A DNA stretch of 64,000 nucleotides from Bugula neritina (taxonomy: Eukaryota > Animalia > Bryozoa): assembly GCA_964035545.1 (NCBI GenBank), contig OZ037765.1, forward strand, positions 8,132,698-8,196,697, written 5' to 3'. Shown here one piece after another: positions 32,601-45,398 of this stretch (within the stretch, counting starts at the first letter, position 1; every line of letters begins with the position of its first letter). The position numbers were made by a program, and so were the translations under genes. Under the pieces are notes generated by a model. It saw nothing but the letters and a program-made list of their open reading frames with translations, ran no database searches and was not told where the DNA came from.

Positions 32601-35600
32601 TATTCTACCTCTATTGAATTATTTGAAATAAATCATGCTATTTATTATAATGTAATTTACTTCATACTGCAGTCAAGAATGAATTACAGAAATATTATTT
32701 TATTTACTTTACAAAATCCCTTTTAGGTAAGCTGCAAGTTCACTAGCTCCGATTCCATGATTATAAATTTGAAGTTTTATCATTTCTTTAATAGTCTTAC
32801 CTACTGTTTTATATTAAAGTAGCAATTAATGAGATAAGTTAGAAAATGCTTTCTGTATGCTTCATCGCATTAATAGTTAAGTAAGCAGTGCTTTGAAAGG
32901 GCTAAACATATAAAATTAAAGGCAGAGGACTAATTGCCATACAATGCTTAGTTTAGGCCTCTCCTATTTGCGATTATAAGTTTTATAGAATACCTCATAA
33001 CCATAAAACACAAACAGTTTTTGAAATATCAATAGAGCTATTATTTCCTTCCGAGATATGATATCTAACTGACATACCTTTGTTGGCACAGCCCATCCAC
33101 TTCACATGATTTTTATTGGCTAATGTGACTTCTTGCCCAATAAGATATGAGAAAATTCTGGCCTGAAAGATATAATTATTAAATCTATTAGTTTCCGCAT
33201 AATGATAATCTAAAGAAAGAAAGACATTCATATTTAAAAAACCGTTTATAAAATGCTATATTTTTCTGTCATAAATGCTATATCAATAATTGTAGCATCT
33301 AGTGTAGTTTGCACGGTTTAAGAAAGTAAACGAATTTTATTGGCACAATTAGTTTAGAAACTAAAATTTCACATTAAGCTGAAATACACAGCAAACATTA
33401 CAGATCTAGCAACGTACATATCGGAGCTGTGCTGTTTGGTCCTTATCAACTGTAACATTGTACCAGTTGTAAGAGTCGAAAACCTCCACATATGTTTCTG
33501 AGGCACCATCAGTGATCAACATAATGGCATTATTTGATCCTAAGTTTATTCTACTTCGATTGATTGGAGAGTGCTACAAAAAATATAGACTTGAGCAACA
33601 CTGGCTCTGAAATATCAATGTGCCAAACATCAAGTTTAAGTTATTGCTTAAAACTGGTCTGAACAGACTAGCAAAAGAGTTCAATAGTTTCATTATTAAT
33701 GACAATGTCATCCATAATTTCAAGTAGACTAAGCATAGTAATATCAAATAATCATAAGCCTGGAAATGGAAAGTCAGATGCAGCATTGAGAGACTGTTAA
33801 CTACAAATGTTTTGGAAAAATCTGTAAAAGTACAAGCAAAGAACTTTAGTTATTAGATTTTTTGTTATAGATAGACAGCATACATCATTTTATAAAGTCA
33901 ATAGACCCGTGACTAATTATGATGATTAAAGAACCAAATATGTTAAATGCTGCTTGCTAGTCAGATAAATAACAGCATATGAAACACACCATTCAAATCA
34001 GTTTATACATAAAGACAAACCTTTTGCAAGACGTCAAATGCCAGTTGAAAAGCTTTAGTAAAATTTGCTATCTGTATGCTTTGAACTTCCATCAAACTTT
34101 TGGTAACTCTCTGTAACAGTCAATAGAATAATAAATGCAATGTTCCTGCAGGGCATTATTACAGCACTTAAAAGCCTTATTAATTAGTTATGATTCAATG
34201 TCTGAATGTAGATGGTACAGCACGCTATACAGCAAAATAGACAAGGCCATACGTTTCCACTGAAAATATGACAAAAGTGAATATATGTTATGTATGCACA
34301 GTTATACAATATACTCTGTTTTGTATATGTCTGACTTTGGTGTGATTTGAGCACTCTAGTTTGAATCAGCACATCTCTAAATGTTTTTTCTTGTATTTTT
34401 CAGGTACCCTTTTTTACACAGGATAGTAAGGGTATCCTTTTAGCTGCAACAGTACCAGTAAAATAAAATCTCACCTAACTGCGCTAGAGTGAAAATTTAA
34501 AAACTATGTTGTAGATCTTCTTTTTCCCCAGTGCAACTTTTTTGAAATTTTTTATTTTCATATTTTTTGCAAAGTTATAGACAAAAACTGCCCCTTTTTG
34601 GCCAAATCTTTCTGCAAAGCTGACTTTTCAGTAACAGTAAAATATCTCAGTAGCAAAACATGACATCTGAATAGAAATTGCACCGTTAGAATTCTGAGAT
34701 TCGGTGTGCTGATATAAGAACAGCTTTTAAAATAATTATCATTTACAGATTGAGTTAAATGTTCAGCCCAACACATGTGCATAACTATGAAATGTTATCA
34801 CATGTACACACTGAAAATGCTGCAAGTGCAGAAACTACAATCCAAGAGTCAATTAGCTAAATTGATTACTAAACAACCTTTGCTCAAGAGACCACCACAC
34901 TACTGATATAAAACAATATGGCTGTACACTAACTATTGTTGTGTACATAGTATTAATAGTTGATACTAACTTCGTACTAAATCTATAAAGGCTGTGTAAA
35001 ATTGCATGAATAATTAATTTAGAATGTATGTATAACCAGTTGAAACTAAAAGTTCAGCTGGAGTGCTATTTGAACAACTTAGTATCATACCTAGTTAACT
35101 TAAAATTTAAATGAATAACCAAAAGTATATATTTTAGATAATATTCTGCTACATAAGATACAGTTACATACTCGGATATTCTTTGATGTAGCTTGGATAA
35201 GGGAGCCATTGGAGTGTTGACAGTCACAATCCACAAACCTCGAGTCATTGTTGAACTAAATTAATACAAATAATAAAATAATGTTTTGCAAAGCAAAAAT
35301 AAAAATTATGTTTAATAATCTTCATACTGCACTACAAAGGTCTAAAGGAAGAAGTATTTGTTAAGTTAGAGCGGAGCTAGCAAGGTGAAGCTAATGTGTC
35401 ATTAGTGCATTAATCTAATCTATTGGAAACAAAAGTACTCAATCTTTTAGTAGCTCAGTGGCCATATGTTGCCGATTCATTTGAATGCAATAGTAGAGAA
35501 AATTAGAGAACTTGGTTAATCTCAATTTAATTGAGATAAGCCAAGTTTTTTAATTGTCTTAATTTATTTTGGTTTGAGGCGTGGGTTGAAATTCTTGCAA

Positions 35601-38600
35601 GATAATAACTCTTTTGCTGCATTTATAGTTGGTAACTTGGGCTTTCCTCAATTGTTTCGCTACTGCACCTACAGCTGTCCATTTTAATTGAATTGGCTGG
35701 AAAATGGTCTATATTAATTTTTGTACAATTATGCCACTATCTTTTTTCCTTTTCACAAGCTTATCAACAATAATAAAACTTTATTAAAAGCAAACAACAA
35801 AGAAAGAAAGATTATTCGTAAACTATGTTACTAGATAAAAAAAACTGACGACTGATGTGTATATATAGATTTGCCTTTAGTCATCACTACTCTGTGCACC
35901 ATTGTGTTAATAATTGGTAACACCCAACAACTCTTACAGGCAATTCAAATATACAGCTCAGAATAAGAGCAGGTTTCGTAGCTCTTTGTTTACACTTTTG
36001 AAATTAAACTTGATGAAAGGAGAAAAGCTTCTCTAACATTGGTTGGTACTGAAAAAACTTAGTATTTATATGCTACACCTCTCTTACATACTTGCTTGTA
36101 ACATACCTGAAGCTAAAACTTGAATTTTGTTTTCAGTTATATAAATTATTTCATTAAAATGGAAATTAGTTTAAATAAATTTACTATGCCTAGGTTTGTA
36201 AGCTTTTAATAACTTTTCAATTTGTATTCAGATAAAAACAATTGTGCAGTTGAAATATCTAAAGCTGTTTGTCAAAACATGCCACATCGTATAACTTTAA
36301 GTTGATGTTGAGAGTCAAGTTATGAGCTGTACACCCACACAGCAAATTGAAAATCCCCTGTGAGAGCTCCAGGGATAGAACAGCAGCCTGTTTATTATTT
36401 ATAATATGTATAGTATCAATGCCTGCCGATCTAAAAGAACTTCGTGTAAAGTATTGTGTAATATTTTGGAAGCTGATCAAACGACTCTCTGTGTTTCATT
36501 AAAACTTTGTGTGATAATGACAAGTTCTAGCATCAACTTATAATTTCTAATATCTTAAGTGCAATACACAAATTGAATTAGAATAAGTACCTGTAATATT
36601 TTAGACACTGTAAATACTTTGCTAACTGAATTACAAGCTGCAATCAGCAATATTTTGAAAGTTGTACTAAAAGCCAAAGTTAAACATTTATGATGTAACT
36701 ACTGAGATCTACCTCTTATAGACTTAGCTCACCGTTATTAAGTTAAAAAAATCGTTTTCATTTAGGGACTCCATTATTTTTTTCACAGTCGTTTTTGCAA
36801 TCTCCATTCGAAGCCCAGTCATGCTGCCACTGTTGTCAAGAAGTATGATGATGTTTTTAGGAGGTGCTGCCGCACTGGTGTACCTGTGAAACATTAACTG
36901 TTATATTAATGTCTTATTTCCAAATATTATAGACAATGTTATAGCTTGTAGCACTATAATACTAATAGGTTTAGTGCATGTGGTACATCTTTTGTCAGAC
37001 TATAAAACAGATCAGTGAATTTATCTTAACTATAGGATAAGGTTTGTGCAACTGCACAGACATACTTAGTAGAAATGCTGGTTCTATCAATGGTCTACAT
37101 ATTGATGAGTTACATTATCATTGTTTAATAGCATTCAAATGGCTTGACTATAACAGCTATTGTAAGGTTAATCAATATCCCAATTTATAATGACACTTCA
37201 AAGCTTTATTCCACACTACAGATAAATACTAGCCCCAAATAAAACTTGATAGCAGAAACACGTGAGGACAGCATCAATCATTTGACCATAAAGATAATAG
37301 GAATTGATTTGTTTACTTATATATCAACAGCTAATGAATGATGGGGACTCTACAACCCAATGTACTAGCAATTTACATTTAATTATCAGTAATTACTATT
37401 TCTCATACTCACTGCACTCATAGAATATTCATCATTTGTCAAACATTGGGAGAAGTTAAAGCAGTCAAGGAATATAGAGGAGAATTATTGATTAATTCAA
37501 CGATGCAGGCAGCAGTTAACATTAAGTCATAACACAATAACGCTGCCTACCCACATGTATCAAAGAAAGCAACTTTTCAATACTAAGAATAACCAGCTTT
37601 GAGATTGGTCTCTGACATTATAAACATACCATTCGGTTAACCTAGCATCAAACATGTCCATTCCTTCATTATACCATGCTGAAGCTACAAATATAAACAA
37701 AAGCTGCTCAGCTAATTGATATATAAAATATCAGGAATACATAAATAAGTGAGGCAAATCAAACAGATGAAAGCTATGATGCCCTGAATGTATGCCTGCA
37801 CTCAGCTTTGGTTTCAAATATTTGATTTGTCTTTTGGATTTGATACAAGCTTGCTTTATTTTAAGGGCAGCCTCATCTGTAAAACCAATGCTGTAGAAAC
37901 GGACTGCAGAATTAAGGTGTAGACAGCACATTGAACTCCATGAGGCTCACAGCATGAGTGGAATGATACGTAACGTAGTAGTAGCAACTCTACTTGTTTC
38001 AATCATTCTGTAGGCTATATGCTGTGCTTACGAGAGCTCGTGGTGGGTACTTGTGAGCAAATCAATTATTTCTATAGGCATAATTATGCTGTGCCATTGC
38101 ATAATGTTATAATATACCATTAGAGCCTATCATATGATTTATATCTGTAGCAGGCAGCCATCTCTAGCCCCTAGACTAATAACCAGCAACACAAGTTTCT
38201 TAAACAAAAGGACTTTAGCCTAAATAAAAACAATTGATATATGAAAATGGATGTGATCCAAAAATAAAATTATTCAACACAAATGTTTGCAACCCATAAG
38301 GGATGCCTGAAATAAACAAAATAGTTATTATTAGAATGTGAAGTCAGGGGAGGTATGGGGGAGAAAATTTGCCGCCCTTTGACCGAATTAACATTTTATA
38401 GAAAAATGCTGTGCTGGTTTGCCTCTTGTATAGGCACAGAACTTCCCATCACAGTCCCCTGAAAACATATGGAACTTTCTGGAAATACTCTTGAGTAACT
38501 TTAATTTGGGAGGTAAAAAATTTGTACCTACTAGCAAATTAATGATTGCCAATGTTAAATATTTCATATAATTTACACCTCAAATGGGTTATGAATTGTC

Positions 38601-41600
38601 AGAATATTGACTAGTATTAACTTTTGAAAACTGGACTAGAGAAATTTACAAGTGTTTGATATCTGCATACATCATTAGAAATACTGCTTTAGTTTATATG
38701 TACATCAAAGACCTTACTTCAAGCAGTGCAGATACTTATATGTATCACTTACTCACTTCATGCATATCTGTATTTACACTTTGCAACACATTAGAAACCT
38801 GATTCATATCCTCAACCAGATAAGAACCATATCATGCATTTATTATAAAAAACCACAATTGACTTTATGAATTTTTCATAGAATTTTGTAAAGTGCCAAA
38901 ATTTGTATTTCAAAATAAGTGTTGCTTTTAACACCCATTGACTTTGCAAAGCCAGTTGCGTTTAGTGTTTATTTATATTATTTGATTCCATAGCATTTGG
39001 TTACCTGGATAGAATCGTAAAAACCCCGCAGAGCTAGCAAAAAATTGCCATGCTGATTTCATATTGCCTTGGTTTTTTGAGAAAACCTCATCTAGCTTTC
39101 CCGTCCAGCTGATATTATCCAGGAGAAAAGGAGCTACGAAATACCATATAAACATTCAGAATTACACTCTAGCTTATCAACTAAAAACAGAAAAAAATAT
39201 ACAAGCCATAGAATATCATCACAATTAGATTGAGTTATTTTCAAAGTATCAAAAATTTATTCAAACTATTTTGGCTGTTTTACAGGATATAGGCCAAATG
39301 AAATAAAACTTTATCTCTGAGAAAGTGGTACACCCTTCTAAAACCCTGAGCGGATTTTTTTTATTTATATTCATTAATACTGCTAGAGTTACAGACTTGA
39401 TGGTAAATCGAATTCATGAGAATTTACCAATAAAATGATTCAGTAAGTAAACAGCATGTTGAAGAATTTGATTCACACATCCCAATTCTGCTTATAAGCA
39501 AAGTATTCAATGCAAATTATATTTTATGCAACAAAAGGGCATAAACAATTTGTACTCATGTTTAGAAAAAAAATATGTATCAGATCGCTTTGAATTATAT
39601 TTGTTTGTCCATTACATACTCTATTGGATATTCCGGCTACATAGTTTATGAACATAATATATATGCACACGTATATGCATATATGCCGAAATATATTCTC
39701 CGGCAGCTTGCAGGAATATCTCTAGCTATTGAAATCAGTGCATGTCAGTAGAATTCTATATTTGCTTCTGCCTCTTTTTTCATATAAAAAATTGAAAAGT
39801 GAGCCAAACTTGGAAAAAAAGTGATGTTAGAAACAGTTACTAGGTATTACAGCTCAGTAACACCATTGTGTCAAATGAAACACTGCTAAATAAATAGGTC
39901 AACTTAGGTTTAAAAAACTTGCTTGTAATAGCAGTGGAAAAGGGCATTGGAACTAACCACATTTATATATGTTAGTAGGAACATGTATTGCACTAGCATT
40001 CAGGCTAACAGGAACTTGGAAGTGTTCTCTCCATTCTTCGTACAAAGGCAAATACAGTTCAAGGTTAGGTCCATTATATGTTGAGTTTTCATCCACATCG
40101 TCAGGGAAGATGAGGTTTCCTCGATCCTTGTATATCGTAATGTCTTTACTGTCATAGTATGTAAAGTCATCACAAGTGTGATTTTCAGAACTGTAGTTTA
40201 AAAATAATTCTTGAGCTTTTTTCTTGATTTCCTAGAAAATAAACAATAATAAGTACTTTTATTAATAGGTACGTCTTATCCAACAACAAAAGTTTGACAA
40301 TACATGCAAATTAAACTTTATTTTTTGGCTAGGATCATTGGTCTTGTTTGCCCAAATATTATCCGTGGTATAAATTGGCAAAACTAAACTAATACAGCTT
40401 TTCCATCAAAAGCATTGGCAGCAGGAGAGCATGGCAGTATTGTTACAGATGAATGGAAGAAATAATCTATTCTGCTATCCTGAGAAAACAATAGCCAAGT
40501 GAGCTCAAGAGTAAAAAGTCAAACAAACATTAAATGGTGTCACAGCACTGGGGAAGAAAAACAAAGCAATACAATTAATAGACAGCATATCTGTTGTCTG
40601 TAATTGTACTAAGCATCTTTCAAACATGGTATGCAGTTCATTGCATTGTGAAATTATTATGAATTGGATTCATTGATTTTGCCTTTTTAGTAGATTTTAT
40701 TGTCAAGCAAGCCCAGAATAGTTTCTATGTACGAGTACTTTCTATAGATGCTTCTAGGAGAATTGACAATTTCTGAATGCAATATAAACATATTAAATTT
40801 AGTATTATTCAAGTATACCTTCTAAATTATAGTAGATTCAAAACACTTAAGAGAGATGGTCGCTGTGAATAAAATAACTAGAGCTTAAACCATTACCAAC
40901 CAGCCAAGGCAGTAACATGCCTTCCACAATATACTATGGGGTTGGGCTAATTCCATCACTATAAAACTCAAGGGTCAAACTATAAAATGAGGAGAAACCT
41001 TCAGTTATTTGCATTATTCTATCTTTAGCAAGTGTCTCAGTATTATAATTTCAATTTTTGTATAAAAATATCTGTAATTGTTACATCAGGGAAAACGAAA
41101 CACTAAAATTTCAAAGAATTCAAACTACTTCTGCCTCAAGTCATACCACCAACATGGCTGAAGAGAATCACCAGGACAGTTTTTAGCTGACACCATTCTG
41201 GCATCCTAGTAGGGTCTGCACCCCTAGACTAGCGCTGTATGTCACACTAAACAAGGACCTCTCTCTACTAGACTAGTGCTACTCCCTAAACTATGAGCAC
41301 AAGTCAAACCATATTTGATAAGGTCACTTCCTGTTTTTATATTGAACGAAGTCTAATGAAGGTGAGAGACAATCTATCAAGAGATACTGTTAAAAAGTTA
41401 CCAGCCATTACATACTTTTCTATATATGACTTGAGTTACCAAAAGCTTTCATAACACACAAGTAGGTTGAGTTGTATGCAGAGCCTGTAGGATAGAAGGC
41501 CCCAACAAAGGCAGTACTAGTTAATGCCCGCAGCACTAGAAGCTGCTACATTGATCTGTTGCCACCATTCCAATAGAATGTGTAGGAAGAGAGTGAATCA

Positions 41601-43551
41601 ATTTTGATGCCCAAGCTTACAGTTAATGTGATTATGAGTAACAAAGGTCCATAGGCCAGACGTTAATAAGAAATGCTGTTTCTCAAGCTGTCTCCACTCA
41701 ATTAACTGAGGCAACAGAGAATCTTTTATAGCTTAAGCTTTGTAGCAATTACATAATTATTTGTTCAGAGTTTACTATTTCATTTTGAATTTAGGAGGAC
41801 CTGAATTTTTTGCAAGAGGTTTCATTAGAATTCACATCTTAATCCTTCTACATCAAAGGTCAAATAAAATACTATAAGTTTTTAGTTATATAATAAAAAA
41901 CCATTTGAAATGCAAAGTTTTCTGTGACAAGAATAGCACATGATAAAATAAAAATGGTTTTGTTGCTTCACACTACTTCAGAACATTAGTTAGAGATAAT
42001 AGCTTGAAAAGAGCACATCAGCAATACTTGGAATATTATAATCATCAATTAGCCAACACTGCTGAGTTTGATATTTTGTATTAATACTTGGAACACACAT
42101 TTTTGCAATAATATAGAAATGATAAATCTAGCGCAATCAGTGTCAGCTAGTAAGAGAGCTGCACATATTGCTAAATTAGGGTAAGACTTTCACAACTGCT
42201 TCGAAAAGCTAATGATGTCGGGACTTAAAAATTTCAAGCACTTTGATACAGTGCTCTTCCCTCTGTATCTCACTAAACTTCAGGTTCCAAAACCTCAATT
42301 CGTGACATAATAGAATAGGTACCAGATTTAAGTCACAGATTCGTTAAATTTGGTCAGTTTGTCCGTATACACACTTACATAAGCCACATAATTTTGTGCA
42401 AAATTGATCCGTGAGATGTGGTGGGAGCACTTTGAATTAATCTATAGCTATATGCAGTGAGACAAAATTTTCAATTTGATGCCTTTTCAAATGCATATTA
42501 GTTTAGAAAAGCAGGTATCACAAACTGATAAACAACTGATAGTTCTAAACAAAGCTATCGGGTATATGACAGCATGTTAGGTGAAGCTTTGAAATATTAA
42601 TAGATGGTTTTAGGAATTGCACAAAGGTAATGCATAATGAAACACTTTTGAATAAGGAGACAAAAAAACAATGTTTGACATAAGCAAAATGGGCGAGAGT
42701 GTTACATATACTCTACAAGGAAATAACACAGTCCCAATTGATGTAAATTAAAACTATGTTTTTAGTAAAGATTGCCAACAGCACGTTTTACTTTTCTATT
42801 TATACTGTGTTCCATATTTAAATATTATCCAATGTGAATACAGAAGGTTAATAAAACATAAAATAATTTGCTACTTACTATTGCAGCTTCAAGTCGCACT
42901 TGAAGATAACTTTCAATTTTTTTCGCAACTTCTACTGATAAAGTTGTTCCGTTTATATAATGTGTTGTGTATGTGGCCTCTTTATATTTCTGCATAAAAT
43001 GATGCTTAAATAAATAAAATGCAGCAGGAGCAAATAAGAACACTGTCCTAAAACAATGTATCGAAGAAAGAAAAAATATGTTTTACACAGAGATTAGAAA
43101 TTTGCACTTTAATAAAAATACAATAAAATGACCTGATATTTTGTAGTTTGTCAAAAAAAAATCTGCAGAAAAATTCACATTCAAAGAGCCTGGTTAAATT
43201 GGTAATATTACAATATAGCTTAAAAATTTACTTGCAATTAGAGCATTTCTGATCTTACAATAACTATACAGATAGTCAGTGGTTACCTTTTCTATAACTT
43301 TTATTCCACTTGCATTTTTACATTGCCGGTCTATTTGTTGTCCTAATGAAGTAGCCCAAAACTCTACTCTGTAAAATATTGATTTGAGCATACAAAAAGT
43401 AAGTACAGTAATTCAGAAGAACTTTAGTTGTTGATCATTATAAATTTACTTACATGGCAGGATTGAGTTCTAAGTAAGACTGTGTAAATCCAACGATGGT
43501 GAACAGGTATACCACTGTAGTAGCAATAACCACAGACAATGTCCATTGCAT
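21199..43551 (-). CDS. CACNA2D: Voltage-gated calcium channel alpha-2/delta subunit (CACNA2D3/4- or straightjacket-like), about 1267 aa, 32 coding exons
   Basis: Exons: 43454-43551, 43287-43368, 42879-42989, 39958-40231, 39005-39133, 37630-37684, 36733-36883, 35172-35255, 34021-34110, 33418-33573, 33078-33162, 32437-32570, 31829-31897, 31002-31064, 30735-30815, 30534-30608, 29461-29565, 29147-29283, 28750-28854, 28313-28489, 27527-27637, 26424-26599, 25815-26020, 25439-25572, 24952-25033, 24696-24748, 24439-24494, 23890-24109, 23366-23545, 21968-22053, 21606-21745, 21199-21297 (3804 nt in total). Signal peptide, HVPTNIY, WQFFASSAGFLRFYP, VWA MIDAS DNSGS, MLITDG, Cache motifs GYAFIINNNGFVVSHPDL and CYLLDENGFVV, DYQAVC, VPNTNL, YRKPP, C-terminal CNGSA plus hydrophobic GPI-like tail. 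Boundaries around 23545-24109 are less certain. Confidence 0.93.
21746..21967 (-). other. U12-type (minor spliceosome) AT-AC intron of CACNA2D
   Basis: 5' site ATATCCTTT (21967-21959), branch site TTTTCCTTGAC (21766-21756), terminal AC (21747-21746). Removal restores the frame (...ILSQ-N-NCMGENE...YRKPP). Confidence 0.92.
22509..22869 (-). other. Candidate alternative last exon of CACNA2D
   Basis: Acceptor catgcag| in the phase required by exon 23366-23545; 119 further open codons ending in hydrophobic WTLIFLQICLQSIVVILLYFL*; AATAAA at 22353-22348. Confidence 0.5.
29741..29950 (+). mobile_element. tRNA-derived SINE-like element in a CACNA2D intron
   Basis: A-box-like TGTTCTAGTG, B-box GTTCGAACTCC (29795-29805), non-tRNA body, adjacent to a (TA)n/TATAGTG microsatellite (29650-29735). 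No intact cloverleaf. Confidence 0.5.
42249..42432. mobile_element. Tc1/mariner-like MITE, copy 2 (longer variant of 11131-11240)
   Basis: TA|CAGTGCTC...GGGAGCACT ends; internal similarity to the reverse complement of copy 1. Confidence 0.65.
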
Positions 43552-44526
43552 GATTCAAGCATGGTCTAATGATCTCAACAAGATAACCGTTGTCTCGCTA
43601 TCATTTTACTCCATTTGAATATTTTTGAAATCATTTGACGCTGTTAAAATTACCAGTTTTAAATTATCACTACTAGTTACTACTTTTACAAGTCTTACTA
43701 ACTACTGCATTATACAGTATATACACACTAACATATTCTTTAAACTAGTCACTGAAGCATATAGCAGCACAAAAAATCAATAATTATTATTGATTTTAGC
43801 TGACCTCAGTGCTTTATACCAGCATTAGCAATATATAGGCTAATATTTGGATTTCAAGATGTAAAAACAAAATATTTTCTTAAATAAGGAAAGAAGTCAT
43901 TTACTGAGTGTAATGAATCTGGTTACAAAGTGTAATATTGTCAAATTTGGTAACTTATGTTTTGCAGCATAGGTTCATTTGCAGTAACTTTTAGAGTGCT
44001 GATTCATACATGAATGCTTTTTTAGCATGGAAATGATCTATTATGAAAACTAAAAAATGTTTTATAGTTAATATATATTTGGATACAAAAAAACATAAAA
44101 TATCATTGATATAAAACAAAAGCTTTGCAAGATTTAATCATTTTTCAAATGGCAGTGGGTGCATCTCACCAACTTTAGATTATGATGACACTAATAGTTA
44201 CAAATCAAAGGTTTCATAACATTTAACCTTCAAATACAACATAATAACAATCCATTTCATTTTATGAGTTTGGGTTGAAATGACAATGCTGTTGGTTGAA
44301 TTGCAGCTGATTTTTTCAACAAAAAGAATAATACACAAGAAGATAACTCCCAACAGTTACAGCTTGAATTGAAACCAACAGTTTTTATATATATTAAACA
44401 GCTGAAATAAAGATTATTTTCCCTTTTCCGTTCAAATTACAGTATTCATACACCAAAGACATCAACTGAATTATCTTTACTGTTACCCCAAAGCTGAGTT
44501 TTAGAAAACCGTTTTGCCAGTTGATA

Positions 44527-45363
44527 TTAAAGATGAATAAAATCAATTTGTTTAGCAAGTTGATCCTCAAGTTCTTGGAGCTGCCCTTTTGCCACTTCAA
44601 GCTTTACAAGAGCCATATCTCTATCAGGAGTCAAGCCAGCAAACATTTTCAGTTGTTCCTCCACTGCTTTCAGGGCTTCTCTTTTTCTCACCAGCTCTTT
44701 ATAATCTGCCGTAAGCTTACTGTGTGTCAGACTGCTTGTCATGCCTGATTTAGAGGTTTGTGTCTCCAGTTTCTTACCATCTGCTCGATATTTTTGAAGT
44801 TTATTTTGATAAAACTCCACATCTCTCAAGAGAGCTGCCAGAGAGTTTTGATGCAAATTAGAGCTTTTTTCTAGATTAAGACTCATGCTTGACAATTGAT
44901 CATTTAACTTTTTTGTGTTACACAGATCATTATTATCTACACAATATTTTTTTCGAAGAAAATCCATTGCAGAGGCAGTATTCTCCTTTTCTAGCGTTAT
45001 TTGTGTCATCGCAAGAATAAAATTAGACTCATCCACAGTGTTCAATGACATAGCATTAGCAATGGAAGCTAAGTTGTTGGTCTCAACACTATTTGCAACT
45101 GGTAGCAAGTCCAACTCTTTGATTATGGTAAAATTGAGCTCTAAATCTTGGGAAAAATTCGCTTGGCATAAAGATAGAAATTGTTTAAAGCTTTGATCCT
45201 TTAGATTCATCTTGTGATCTTTTATGCTTAGTTGATACAGGTCATTAATAAAAGCATTTGATTTTGGAAATGAAGGAACAGGATCATCTCCAAAAAGTGA
45301 TATCAACCAGTTCATCACAGAACTGTATTTTTCATCATCAGAGAGCTCAACTACATCATCCAT
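44527..45363 (-). CDS. HAUS1: HAUS augmin-like complex subunit 1, single exon, 278 aa
   Basis: Intact ORF; N-terminal VMNWLISLFGDDPVPSF, coiled coil, GMTSSLTHSKL and C-terminal LTPDRDMALVKLEVAKGQL match recalled HAUS1 motifs and length. Confidence 0.9.
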   Translation of the reverse strand: MDDVVELSDDEKYSSVMNWLISLFGDDPVPSFPKSNAFINDLYQLSIKDHKMNLKDQSFKQFLSLCQANFSQDLELNFTIIKELDLLPVANSVETNNLASIANAMSLNTVDESNFILAMTQITLEKENTASAMDFLRKKYCVDNNDLCNTKKLNDQLSSMSLNLEKSSNLHQNSLAALLRDVEFYQNKLQKYRADGKKLETQTSKSGMTSSLTHSKLTADYKELVRKREALKAVEEQLKMFAGLTPDRDMALVKLEVAKGQLQELEDQLAKQIDFIHL

Positions 45364-45398
45364 GTTAACAGCCTGGCTTAAAATTGTTGTGCTAGGAG

